A stretch of 64,000 nt of DNA from Eledone cirrhosa (lineage: Eukaryota): NCBI GenBank assembly GCA_964016885.1, contig OZ024755.1:4526001-4590000 (forward strand). The letters run 5' to 3'. A program made the position numbers and the translations under genes. The notes under the pieces are model-generated. The model made no database searches, was not told the DNA's origin, and saw nothing but the letters and a program-made list of their open reading frames with translations. How positions within the stretch are numbered: position 1 is the stretch's first letter; the number at the start of each line of letters is the position of its first letter. Of this stretch, positions 55,838-62,109 are shown in pieces.

Positions 55838-56488
55838 CATAGAGAGAGAGATTATATATAATTGAATTCACACAGACACCGCGCACAACCCCAGATGTGG
55901 GTGTGTAACGGGGGTAAAGACAGCATCTAATCTAATCTACTCTGATATATTTCTATTTTCTTGGAAATGAAAGTGTAATTCCTTTTAATTTATCCATAAC
56001 ATGCAAGCTGTAAACATATTAGGTAATCAAACTATCAGTAGAGAAGAAGAAAAAATAAGATGCGGTTATTTCGTTGTAATCTATAAAACCTTTTGACCGT
56101 CAGAAATAGAAATTGTAATCGATAAACAATAAAAATATAAACCTAAGCAAATTATACAAAACCATATATATATATTTCTATCAAATTTAATGTATTTTCC
56201 TTTCCTTTGTATATATTATATTTTTTAGTTTTGAAATGAATATATATATAAATTTTATTCATAGGTGTATAAATAACATTTACAAATCGTTTGCAATTAT
56301 TTCAGAATGAAAATATAAACAGAGCATATAAATTATTTACAGTAGAATAACATAACAAATATGTTTTAAATATATACATTAATAACATTATAAATGCTTA
56401 GATAACATTATAAATTGCTCGCGATTCTTTCAGAAAGATATATTCTTTTTAGATATTATTTTATACAACTGTGAATAAAACATATTTT

Positions 56489-56534
<46 letters not shown>

Positions 56535-56752
56535 TTCTTCTCTACGAAGTTTCCATGTTTAATAATAAAGAAAATAAACGATAATTCTTCTTCACAGTTA
56601 TATTCCGGGGTAATTAATGATGCAATAATATATGGTTTATTTCTACAGACAATAACAATTAGGAAATGTATGAAACTAGGAACAGACACATTTCTAAATA
56701 CGTAGAACCGTTTGTGAGTGTGTGTGTGTGTATATGTGTGTGTGAGTGTGTG

Positions 56753-56815
<63 letters not shown>

Positions 56816-57091
56816 ATATATATATATGTGGGTGTGTGTGTGTGTATATCTATATATATATATGTGTGTGTGTGTGAGGGAGAGAGTCCCGTATTCAATC
56901 GGGCGTAACCACTGTAAGTAAGGTACTCAATACATTAGTGGAGTGTAAACATCACATTTAATATAGAAATCGCTTCTACGGGACTAGAACTGTTTCAGTT
57001 TCATTCGAAAGAAATCATGTTGATTTCTTTCGAATGAAACAGTTCTCGTCCTGTAGAAGCCATTTCTATATTAAATTATATATATAGATAA

Positions 57092-57134
<43 letters not shown>

Positions 57135-57272
57135 ACGAAGGAATTGTCGTAAGGAACCAGATGGACCATAACGTACCAGAGTACTCAATATTTAGGGTAG
57201 TAGAGTGGGAAATAGGAAAAAGTATGACCCCGACGGCAGAGCTCAAGACGTTTCGTCGGGGTCATACTTTTT

Positions 57273-57317
<45 letters not shown>

Positions 57318-58200
57318 GGATGGTAGCAATCGGGAGTATGTTTATATGTTACTGGTAAATATAATATAGAAACTACGAAGTGAAAATATGTTTCTATATA
57401 TGTGTATCAGTGTGTGTAAATATGTGTGCATATGCGTGAATATATATCTGTGTGTGTATGCGTTAGTATGTATGTGAATGTGTTAGTATGTATGTTTCTC
57501 TGTGTGTGTATGTATGTTTCTCTCTGTGTGTATGTATGTGTGCGTATGTTTGTATTTATATGTGTGTGTGTGAATATGTTTGTATATATATATGTATGTG
57601 TAAGTATATGTGTGAATGTATATGAGTGTGTGAATATGTTTGTACATATATATATATATGTATATGTGAGTGTGTGAATATGTTTGTATATGTGTGTGTA
57701 AGTATATGTGTGAATATATATATGTGTATGCGTGAATATGTATATGTGAGTGTTGTTATCTCAACAAAATATATGCACCATACAGTTAATTATATATATT
57801 TGTTACCATTACACCTGAACAATTATTATTAAAACATAAGGAAATATTTTTTCGATCTTTCTTATTTTTCTTTTATTCAATTATTTCATTATTTGGTTAT
57901 AATGTTTAATTTCCGCAGACGATATTTTGTTTTCTTTCAAAATATATTCGCATGCAATATTCCATTATATACAAGCATAATGAAATGTATATATATGTCA
58001 ATTTCTTGTTTTGTATTGTATATATATATATTATTGTTGTTTTGTTTTTTGCCAGCACAAAGGCAAAAGGACAAAATATTTAAAGAGTGACTAAGAAAGA
58101 AGATGTTGTGTTTATAAATGGTGGAAATAAGTAAGTGGAGTATATAAATATAAATATAGCTTACTCTTGTTTTCGTCTTGGGGCGTGCAGCCTCCGCCAT
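7548..58200 (-). CDS. EPG5: Ectopic P-granules autophagy protein 5 homolog (EPG5), 46 coding exons, about 2786 aa
   Basis: Starts [12 protein letters not shown]. Recognisable EPG5 motifs: [89 protein letters not shown]. All 45 introns are GT-AG with matching phases; exon lengths sum to 8361 nt. Confidence 0.96.
7993..8094 (-). ncRNA. Type-I hammerhead ribozyme motif with extended stem II (EPG5 last intron, sense strand)
   Basis: AUAAACU-CUGAAGA-C-ACCUGUGUUGAGU..ACUCAAUACAGGU-A-GAAA-CAAAUG-UA^AGUGUAU. Confidence 0.72.
8174..8362 (+). mobile_element. piggyBac-type MITE
   Basis: TTAA|CCCTTTAGCATT ... AATGCTAAAGGG|TTAA: TIRs and TTAA TSD. Confidence 0.85.
8766..8975 (-). CDS. EPG5: EPG5 exon 45 (..[25 protein letters not shown])
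   Basis: TAGTAG acceptor, GTAAGT donor, phase 2-2. Confidence 0.92.
9680..9896 (-). CDS. EPG5: EPG5 exon 44 (..[16 protein letters not shown]..)
   Basis: AG/GT, phase 1-2. Confidence 0.9.
10288..10536 (-). CDS. EPG5: EPG5 exon 43 (..[21 protein letters not shown])
   Basis: AG/GT, phase 1-1. Confidence 0.9.
10575..11630. repeat. Variable minisatellite of about 27-37 bp (gtgtatattaaactgtgtaatatagtatagta)
   Basis: More than 30 units. Confidence 0.95.
11752..11951 (-). CDS. EPG5: EPG5 exon 42 ([13 protein letters not shown]..)
   Basis: AG/GT, phase 2-1. Confidence 0.88.
12147..12373 (-). mobile_element. piggyBac-type MITE
   Basis: Same family, opposite orientation. Confidence 0.8.
12545..12702 (-). 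CDS. EPG5: EPG5 exon 41 (..[11 protein letters not shown]..)
   Basis: AG/GT, phase 0-2. Confidence 0.9.
12800..13070 (-). mobile_element. CORE-like SINE (related subfamily; partial copy at 31590-31710)
   Basis: tRNA-like head and tgttcttgagcaaaacactt CORE on the minus strand. Confidence 0.7.
13633..13821 (-). CDS. EPG5: EPG5 exon 40 (..CFQLV..VNW..)
   Basis: AG/GT, phase 0-0. Confidence 0.88.
13965..14176 (+). mobile_element. piggyBac-type MITE
   Basis: TIRs and TTAA TSD intact. Confidence 0.85.
14223..14410 (-). CDS. EPG5: EPG5 exon 39 (..LWVFY..LLPWDQL..)
   Basis: AG/GT, phase 1-0. Confidence 0.9.
15372..15572 (+). mobile_element. piggyBac-type MITE (diverged)
   Basis: Same body sequence. 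Confidence 0.75.
15620..15796 (-). CDS. EPG5: EPG5 exon 38 (..[10 protein letters not shown]..)
   Basis: AG/GT, phase 1-1. Confidence 0.9.
16240..16432 (-). CDS. EPG5: EPG5 exon 37 (..[11 protein letters not shown]..)
   Basis: AG/GT, phase 0-1. Confidence 0.9.
16663..16858. mobile_element. Tc1/mariner-like MITE (related element at 33081-33550)
   Basis: TIRs taccgtatatactc..gagtatatacggta with TA ends. Confidence 0.65.
16918..17127 (-). mobile_element. tRNA-derived SINE family A
   Basis: Head and body present. Confidence 0.75.
17160..17326 (-). CDS. EPG5: EPG5 exon 36 ([11 protein letters not shown]..)
   Basis: AG/GT, phase 1-0. Confidence 0.87.
17961..18042 (-). CDS. EPG5: EPG5 exon 35 ([14 protein letters not shown])
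   Basis: AG/GT, phase 0-1. Confidence 0.87.
18891..19022 (-). CDS. EPG5: EPG5 exon 34 (FDVCIWL..CGAEP..)
   Basis: AG/GT, phase 0-0. Confidence 0.9.
19220..19435 (+). mobile_element. piggyBac-type MITE
   Basis: TIRs and TTAA. Confidence 0.82.
19560..19751 (-). CDS. EPG5: EPG5 exon 33 ([18 protein letters not shown])
   Basis: AG/GT, phase 0-0. Confidence 0.9.
19990..20220 (+). mobile_element. tRNA-derived SINE family A with duplicated head
   Basis: ggattggcagtatcggtagaggg occurs twice, then B-box and body. Confidence 0.8.
20266..20630. repeat. Tandem repeat, about 82 bp x3-4
   Basis: ggatctattcctctcacccagtc units. Confidence 0.9.
20718..20886 (-). CDS. EPG5: EPG5 exon 32 (..[21 protein letters not shown])
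   Basis: AG/GT, phase 2-0, conserved motif. Confidence 0.93.
21030..21612. repeat. SINE-derived tandem repeats (about 50-bp, then about 71-bp units)
   Basis: aaaaagcac..ctgtaaagtggt units. Confidence 0.85.
21618..21760 (-). CDS. EPG5: EPG5 exon 31 (..[17 protein letters not shown])
   Basis: AG/GT, phase 0-2. Confidence 0.9.
22376..22453 (-). CDS. EPG5: EPG5 exon 30 ([15 protein letters not shown])
   Basis: AG/GT, phase 0-0. Confidence 0.88.
23234..23324 (-). CDS. EPG5: EPG5 exon 29 (..[10 protein letters not shown])
   Basis: AG/GT, phase 2-0. Confidence 0.88.
23637..23808 (-). CDS. EPG5: EPG5 exon 28 ([20 protein letters not shown])
   Basis: AG/GT, phase 1-2. Confidence 0.9.
24514..24661 (-). 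CDS. EPG5: EPG5 exon 27 (NPWMELID..)
   Basis: AG/GT, phase 0-1. Confidence 0.87.
24730..24950. repeat. Tandem repeat, about 64 bp x3
   Basis: acattaaatattagttaaatacttaactagaaacaagac units. Confidence 0.9.
24986..25109 (-). CDS. EPG5: EPG5 exon 26 ([28 protein letters not shown])
   Basis: AG/GT, phase 2-0, conserved motif. Confidence 0.92.
25110..25945. repeat. 40-bp minisatellite, about 21 units
   Basis: ttaaaacctgaaagatgtatgttaaaatatttttaacccc units. Confidence 0.95.
26011..26125 (-). CDS. EPG5: EPG5 exon 25 ([16 protein letters not shown])
   Basis: AG/GT, phase 1-2. Confidence 0.85.
26405..26565 (-). CDS. EPG5: EPG5 exon 24 ([12 protein letters not shown]..); alternative donor at 26396
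   Basis: AG/GT, phase 2-1. Confidence 0.87.
26735..27325 (+). mobile_element. Composite RTE 3' end and SINE tails (inverse copy at 52400-52930)
   Basis: [19 protein letters not shown] peptide followed by acccatgctagc..gatgat tails. Confidence 0.7.
27614..27780 (-). CDS. EPG5: EPG5 exon 23 (..[29 protein letters not shown])
   Basis: AG/GT, phase 0-2, conserved motif. Confidence 0.93.
28055..28288 (-). CDS. EPG5: EPG5 exon 22 (..[19 protein letters not shown])
   Basis: AG/GT, phase 0-0. Confidence 0.9.
28505..28730 (+). mobile_element. piggyBac-type MITE (ends eroded)
   Basis: Same body sequence. Confidence 0.7.
28939..29035 (-). CDS. EPG5: EPG5 exon 21 ([14 protein letters not shown]..)
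   Basis: AG/GT, phase 2-0. Confidence 0.88.
29286..29523 (+). mobile_element. tRNA-derived CORE-like SINE family B
   Basis: A-box TGGCTTAGTGG, B-box GTTCGATTC, CORE-like gtgttgtttccttgag-aagacacttt. Confidence 0.8.
29660..29757 (-). CDS. EPG5: EPG5 exon 20 ([19 protein letters not shown])
   Basis: AG/GT, phase 0-2. Confidence 0.87.
30126..30246 (-). CDS. EPG5: EPG5 exon 19 ([16 protein letters not shown]..)
   Basis: AG/GT, phase 2-0. Confidence 0.9.
30481..30910. repeat. Minisatellite of about 35 bp
   Basis: caaccaacactctccctcaagagcccaccacacttcta units. Confidence 0.92.
31142..31153 (-). CDS. EPG5: Candidate 12-nt EPG5 microexon (adds S-M-Y-R)
   Basis: tattttttctgcttccatctatcag|ATCTATGTATCG|GTAAGT; phase 2-2 inside a phase-2 intron. 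Confidence 0.5.
31708..32100. repeat. 15-bp minisatellite (taacagttattatat)
   Basis: Seen directly. Confidence 0.9.
32135..32275 (-). CDS. EPG5: EPG5 exon 18 ([18 protein letters not shown])
   Basis: AG/GT, phase 2-2. Confidence 0.9.
32739..32998 (-). CDS. EPG5: EPG5 exon 17 (..[21 protein letters not shown])
   Basis: AG/GT, phase 0-2. Confidence 0.9.
33666..33788 (-). CDS. EPG5: EPG5 exon 16 (NTDLALP..EGVKQ)
   Basis: AG/GT, phase 0-0. Confidence 0.88.
34439..34603 (-). CDS. EPG5: EPG5 exon 15 ([19 protein letters not shown])
   Basis: AG/GT, phase 0-0. Confidence 0.9.
35330..35470 (-). CDS. EPG5: EPG5 exon 14 ([20 protein letters not shown]..)
   Basis: AG/GT, phase 0-0. Confidence 0.9.
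35500..36242. repeat. gtctacatgtgtatat compound minisatellite
   Basis: Fills most of intron 13. Confidence 0.92.
36315..36466 (-). CDS. EPG5: EPG5 exon 13 (..[16 protein letters not shown])
   Basis: AG/GT, phase 1-0. Confidence 0.9.
36522..36870. mobile_element. piggyBac-type MITE (36522-36738) plus an inverted partial copy (36766-36870)
   Basis: TIRs and TTAA. Confidence 0.8.
36977..37131 (-). CDS. EPG5: EPG5 exon 12 ([12 protein letters not shown]..)
   Basis: AG/GT, phase 2-1. Confidence 0.9.
37280..37468. mobile_element. Fold-back element between (TA)n tracts; related pieces at 55414-55560 and 63480-63605
   Basis: Inverted arms around cagaagatcccgttaaggtgaaa; dispersed homologous copies in this window. 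Confidence 0.5.
37728..37871 (-). CDS. EPG5: EPG5 exon 11 (..[19 protein letters not shown])
   Basis: AG/GT, phase 2-2. Confidence 0.9.
37915..38300. repeat. Minisatellite of about 24 bp (ttaacagttattattaacaaatta)
   Basis: Seen directly. Confidence 0.9.
38335..38491 (-). CDS. EPG5: EPG5 exon 10 (..[25 protein letters not shown])
   Basis: AG/GT, phase 1-2. Confidence 0.9.
39039..39226 (+). mobile_element. tRNA-derived SINE family A
   Basis: Full-length copy. Confidence 0.8.
39370..39490 (-). CDS. EPG5: EPG5 exon 9 ([15 protein letters not shown]..)
   Basis: AG/GT, phase 0-1. Confidence 0.9.
39775..39874 (-). CDS. EPG5: EPG5 exon 8 ([18 protein letters not shown])
   Basis: AG/GT, phase 2-0. 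Confidence 0.9.
39991..40092. mobile_element. Tc1/mariner-like MITE (related copy at 60553-60706)
   Basis: TIRs cagggtgttccaaaaaatgtatacacactt / aagtgtgtatacattattttgggacagcctg-ta. Confidence 0.65.
40597..40799 (-). CDS. EPG5: EPG5 exon 7 ([27 protein letters not shown]..)
   Basis: AG/GT, phase 0-2, strongly conserved motif. Confidence 0.93.
40885..41395 (+). mobile_element. RTE-clade LINE 3' fragment
   Basis: [32 protein letters not shown] peptide; internal duplication; (GAT)n tail. Confidence 0.8.
41934..42094 (+). mobile_element. piggyBac-type MITE (internally deleted)
   Basis: TIRs and TTAA. Confidence 0.8.
42190..42335 (-). CDS. EPG5: EPG5 exon 6 (..[21 protein letters not shown])
   Basis: AG/GT, phase 1-0. 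Confidence 0.9.
42560..42798 (-). mobile_element. CORE-like SINE family B
   Basis: Near-identical reverse complement of 29286-29523. Confidence 0.8.
43011..43087 (-). CDS. EPG5: EPG5 exon 5 ([11 protein letters not shown]..)
   Basis: AG/GT, phase 2-1, conserved RLQVESYI. Confidence 0.88.
43581..43741 (-). CDS. EPG5: EPG5 exon 4 ([13 protein letters not shown])
   Basis: AG/GT, phase 0-2. Confidence 0.9.
44194..44361 (-). CDS. EPG5: EPG5 exon 3 ([25 protein letters not shown])
   Basis: AG/GT boundaries, phase 0-0, open frame. Confidence 0.9.
44430..44845 (+). mobile_element. RTE-like LINE RT C-terminal fragment (related copies at 9230-9660 and 38605-38865)
   Basis: [26 protein letters not shown] and RPRGRP motif. 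Confidence 0.75.
45323..46648 (-). CDS. EPG5: EPG5 exon 2 (442 codons, acidic low-complexity region ending [18 protein letters not shown])
   Basis: tttcag|TTG acceptor, CAG|GTTAGT donor, inside the 522-aa ORF. Confidence 0.9.
47627..48050 (+). mobile_element. Two tandem SINE family A copies
   Basis: Copies at 47627-47815 and 47828-48050. Confidence 0.8.
48789..48973 (-). mobile_element. tRNA-derived SINE family A (near consensus)
   Basis: Full-length, flanked by the direct repeat aaacaagtaaaataat (probable TSD). Confidence 0.85.
49491..49832. repeat. (CTA/CCA)n trinucleotide tract
   Basis: Seen directly. Confidence 0.92.
49951..50362. repeat. Dimeric tandem repeat (units of about 60 bp alternating between two types)
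   Basis: gagttactctattgt..acaggccatgctggagcaccataaga units. Confidence 0.92.
50791..50985. mobile_element. Fold-back element between (TA)n tracts (probable Penelope-like pLTR remnant); sisters at 55577-55782 and 57135-57276
   Basis: Near-perfect palindrome of about 112 bp plus a shared 80-bp tail; contains a hammerhead 3' half GAAACGGC..GCCGUC. Confidence 0.6.
51898..51964 (-). ncRNA. Type-I hammerhead ribozyme motif (EPG5 intron 1, sense strand)
   Basis: UAUUUUAU-CUGAUGA-GGACGUACUG..CAGUACCUCU-GAAA-UAUGUA-UA^AUAAAAUA; perfect 8-bp stem I. Confidence 0.82.
52160..52254 (-). ncRNA. Type-I hammerhead ribozyme motif with extended stem II (EPG5 intron 1, sense strand)
   Basis: GAUGUAU-CUGAGGA-CCUUGCGAU..GUUGCCAGA-GAAA-CGAUUG-UA^AUAUGUC, then AAUAAA. 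Confidence 0.75.
52400..52930 (-). mobile_element. Composite RTE 3' end and SINE tail
   Basis: [30 protein letters not shown]; homologous to 26735-27160. Confidence 0.75.
53741..54125 (+). mobile_element. CORE-like SINE with RTE-type tail and (GAT)n end
   Basis: Family B head joined to an aggaagggcatc..gcaagcagggaaaagcagacgtaaaatgatgat tail. Confidence 0.75.
55017..55168. ncRNA. Palindromic element with a minimal hammerhead motif on each strand
   Basis: Arms of about 68 bp; + arm reads CGAU-CUGAGGA-UCCGCUAAGGU-GAAA-CAAUUG-UU^CUCG, with a mirror copy on -. Confidence 0.6.
56887..57077. mobile_element. Fold-back element, same family as 60349-60523
   Basis: Shared taaccac-gtaagtaaggtactcaatac head and palindrome tatagaaat..gcttctacgggactagaactgtttca / tgaaacagttc..atttctata. 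Confidence 0.6.
58165..58200 (-). CDS. EPG5: EPG5 coding exon 1 ([12 protein letters not shown])
   Basis: AACATGGCG start context, AGA|GTAAGC donor, phase 0; resembles the vertebrate EPG5 N-terminus MAEA. Confidence 0.85.
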
Positions 58201-58242
58201 GTTAACTGTTTACATATCACATGTTTGTCATACTACTGTGCT

Positions 58243-59700
58243 GCCCTCTCGTATCAACTACACTACAGCAGACGATAGCCTACTGCTAGAAATAACAGCC
58301 CGATGTCCCTCTCTGGCCTTTCATGCTAGAAATAACAGCCAGATGTCCCTCTCTGGCCTTTCATGCTAGAAATAACAGTTAGATGTCCCTCTCTGGCCTT
58401 TCATGCTAGAAATAACAGCCAGATGTCCCTCTCTGGCCTTTCATGCTAGAAATAACAGCCAGATGTCCCTCTCTGGCCTTTCATGCTACAAATAACAGTT
58501 AGATGTCCCTCTCTGGCCTTTCATGCTAGAAATAACAGCCAGATGTCCCTCTCTGGCCTTTCATGCTACAAATAACAGTTAGATGTCCCTCTCTGGCCTT
58601 TCATGCTAGCAATAACAGCCAGATGTCCTCTCTGGCCTTTCATACTAGAAATAACAGCCAGATGTCTCTCTCTGGTCTTTAATGCTAGAAATAACAGCCA
58701 GATGTCTCTCTCTGGTCTTTAATGCTAGAAATAACAGCCAGATGTCCCTCTCTGGCCTTTTATACTAGAAATAACAGCCTGGTATCCCTCTCGTATCAAC
58801 TACACATACTACACTACAGCAGACGATGGTCTACTGATAGAAATAACAGCCAGATGTCCCTCTCTGGCCTTTCATGCTACAAATAACAGTTAGATGTCCC
58901 TCTCTGGCCTTTCATGCTAGAAATAACAGCCAGATGTCCCTCTCTGGCCTTTCATACTAGAAATAACAGCCAGATGTCTCTCTCTGGTCTTTAATGCTAG
59001 AAATAACAGCCAGATGTCTCTCTCTGGTCTTTAATGCTAGAAATAACAGCCAGATGTCCCTCTCTGGCCTTTTATACTAGAAATAACAGCCTGGTATCCC
59101 TCTCGTATCAACTACACATACTACACTACAGCAGACGATGGTCTACTGATAGAAATAACAGCCAGATGTCCCTCTCTGGCCTTTCATGCTACAAATAACA
59201 GTTAGATGTCCCTCTCTGGCCTTTCATGCTAGAAATAACAGCCAGATGTCCCTCTCTGGCTTTTCATACTAGAAATAACTGCCAGATGTCTCTCTCTGGT
59301 CTTTAATGCTAGAAATAACAGCCAGATGTCCCTCTCTGGCCTTTTATACTAGAAATAACAGCCTCTCGTATCAACTACACATACTACACTACAGCAGACG
59401 ATGGCCTGCTGCTAGAAATAACAGCCCGATGTCCCTCTCTGGTCTTTCATGCTAGAAATAACAGCCAGATGTCCCTCTCTGGCCTTTTATGCTAGAAATA
59501 GCAGCCTAATGACGTAATGGCGTATTGCTAGAAATAGTAGTCATTGACGTACTGCTAGAAATAGCAGCATGATATCCCTGTCACATCAACTAAATACACT
59601 ACAAAACACAATAACATACTGCTAGAAACAGCAACCAAATATCTCACATCACCTCAACACATTTCACCAACCAATGACGTACTCTTATATACTAGAAATA
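58243..59700. repeat. 40-bp satellite with higher-order period of about 310 bp, directly upstream of the EPG5 ATG
   Basis: agatgtccctctctggcctttcatgctagaaataacagcc units, interrupted periodically by tctcgtatcaactacac..gcagacga. Confidence 0.93.
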
Positions 59701-60144
59701 GCAATCAAATCTCCCTCGAAAACAGCGGGTAATATAACGTTAGTCGTAAAATAGACTGTTTGAATAAAAAAAATGGGATGGTCATAAGTGGAAGGTGTTT
59801 AATCATAGATCTGCCTGTTGCTCGACCATTGCTGACCTGGAGTTAAATAACAACCAAGTCTATAGCAACTACTATATCACATCTCCAATAAATAGCAGAC
59901 GACACAACATCCTGGACGAACTAACGGGTTAATTCTCATCGGGTTTGCTGGTTCTGCTAGAAATAGCAGCCAAATCTTCCCTCAGAAGATTTCACACTAG
60001 GACACAGAGGATGATATAATGTAGTCGTAAAATACACTGTTTGAATAAAAAGACAGGATGGTCATAACTGGATTGTGTTTGTTTGATCCTGTACTGCGGT
60101 TAAATAACCAATTCTACAGCAAATCGATCTTATTTCCCATTCTT

Positions 60145-60180
60145 TCTTCTGATGAAGAACTAGCGTACGAAATGTTAAGA
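60145..60180 (+). ncRNA. Minimal (Penelope-type) hammerhead motif, partly decayed
   Basis: UCUU-CUGAUGA-AGAACUAGCGUAC-GAAAU-GUU^AAGA. Confidence 0.5.
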
Positions 60181-60270
60181 CCCTCTTCCTGCTATTTCAA
60201 GTGTTAACCTAATATATTCCTTCCATATACTGTACCGATTGTGTTGTTATTTCTATTTCTGTTTACCTTT

Positions 60271-60351
<81 letters not shown>

Positions 60352-60462
60352 CCCGGGTTAAATCGGGGATAACCACAGTAAGTAAGGTACTCAATACATA
60401 GCAGAGTAAAAGTAATTTAATATAGAAATGGCTTCTACGGGACTAGAACTGTTTCATTCTGG

Positions 60463-60514
60463 GGCTTTCTGATGATTTCCTCCGAAATGAAACAGTTCTA
60501 GTCCTGTAGAAGCC
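60463..60514 (+). ncRNA. Type-I hammerhead ribozyme motif within a fold-back element
   Basis: GGCUUU-CUGAUGA-UUUCCUCCGAAAU-GAAA-CAG..CUG-UA^GAAGCC. Confidence 0.65.
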
Positions 60515-60704
60515 ATTTCTATATTTTTAAATATATATATATATATATATAAATGGTGTCCCAAAAATGTATACACAATTACTTACAGGGTGGCTTAATT
60601 CCCTGATATATTCAAGTATGTATATATATATATATATATAGTAATACAGGCAATATTTATTAGACTGCTGTTGAAATGTGTATACATATTACAGGAACAC
60701 CCTG

Positions 60705-60813
<109 letters not shown>

Positions 60814-61033
60814 AAAAGTTCTATTTAAATTGTTGGGATACAACAAGCAAATATTTTTATAACTGATATAAAGCACTCAACAAATATTTGGAGTAAAAAT
60901 ACGATATTAACAAATGGAAACTATATTTATAAAACCATATTTATTTCATTATACATATTTGGGAGCTGCCAACAGTAATGGTTGCATTTTTTAAGGGTAT
61001 ATCAATATTTATTTATAAAACTGATCTATATTA

Positions 61034-61098
61034 TATTTTGTCTGATGAAAGCACACCATAATTTAACTTGGTGTCCTTGAAATATGTATAATGAAATA
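61034..61098 (+). ncRNA. Type-I hammerhead ribozyme motif, sister of 51898-51964
   Basis: UAUUUUGU-CUGAUGA-AAGCACACCA..UGGUGUCCUU-GAAA-UAUGUA-UA^AUGAAAUA. Confidence 0.8.
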
Positions 61099-61128
61099 AA
61101 TATGGTTTTATAAATATAGTTTCCATTT

Positions 61129-61163
<35 letters not shown>

Positions 61164-61539
61164 TGGGGGAACGAGAGTATATAATATACCTGACCAGTGC
61201 AGTTGCCTCCCTTGGACGCTATATCTAATTTTATTTGTATCCAGTTTTCTTCTCAATTGATTCCTACATCGCTTATTGTCCTTCTATAGTAACTAACATT
61301 ACAGCTTAAGATAAAAACCAATGCAATGAAAACACTAAATAAAAGTTTATATATATATATATGCGGAGTTTAATATTTATAATTTTAATTTTGTGGGGCA
61401 GTATATCTATATGGTTGTATGAAATACGTAGAAACCCACACATGTATATATAGATTTATACACACATATCTATCTATCTAGCTTTCTCTCATACATATAT
61501 ACATACACACACACATTTATATATATATATATATATATA

Positions 61540-61990
61540 AGCGGCAGAAAGACAAAATAGAAGTCCGGTCGCCTCCTGTTCGCCCCTGTCACCCTTTCGA
61601 CCTCAGACTCCATACTGCCGAACTCCTCTGTAAAATCAGAACGGTCAGCAACCCGTCCGAAGAATGAACCCTGCGAGGTGGGATGGCTTTTGCAGCGGGT
61701 ATCGCTGGCCATTGTCCGCGGAGCGCAGCCGAAATACCGCCCCACCCGAGGCATAAGCCCATCATCCTCTCCCTTTCTTCCGTGACCTAATAGTCCTTGC
61801 TTTTCCTTCCTTTTCCTCTCATTTTTGGCATTTATACCTTTACAACCAGATCTTCCCTTCTTCCGCCTCCCCCTCCATTACTTTTATTTTCTTCTCTTTT
61901 TTTTTTCATATTTCGATCCTTGTATAACTTCTTTTTGTAAAATATAGTTGACATAATTTTTTTATGTATATAATGGATCAAATAAAAAAT
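61540..61990 (+). mobile_element. Second, diverged CRE-like 3' fragment
   Basis: LFAPV..EPCEVGWLLQRVSLAIVRG, followed by a pyrimidine-rich 3' UTR and AATAAA. Confidence 0.6.
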
Positions 61991-62109
61991 TTCGTTCAGA
62001 AATTAGAAATAATTTGTGCCAGTAAAATTGTCAAAATACGATCGGATATATACAAAAGCAACAAGTACCCCTAACCCAGTCACGAATTTGGGGGGTTGTG
62101 GCTGAATAA

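Noticed and set aside
58230-58330. CTCF-like sites in the upstream satellite (CCAGAGAGGGACA, AGAGGGCAGCA)
   Set aside because: The spacing does not fit the consensus by eye; it would need a PWM scan or ChIP.
58243-59700. CRISPR-like regular array (also 49951-50362)
   Set aside because: The units are head-to-tail with no unique spacers, there are no cas genes, and the context is eukaryotic.
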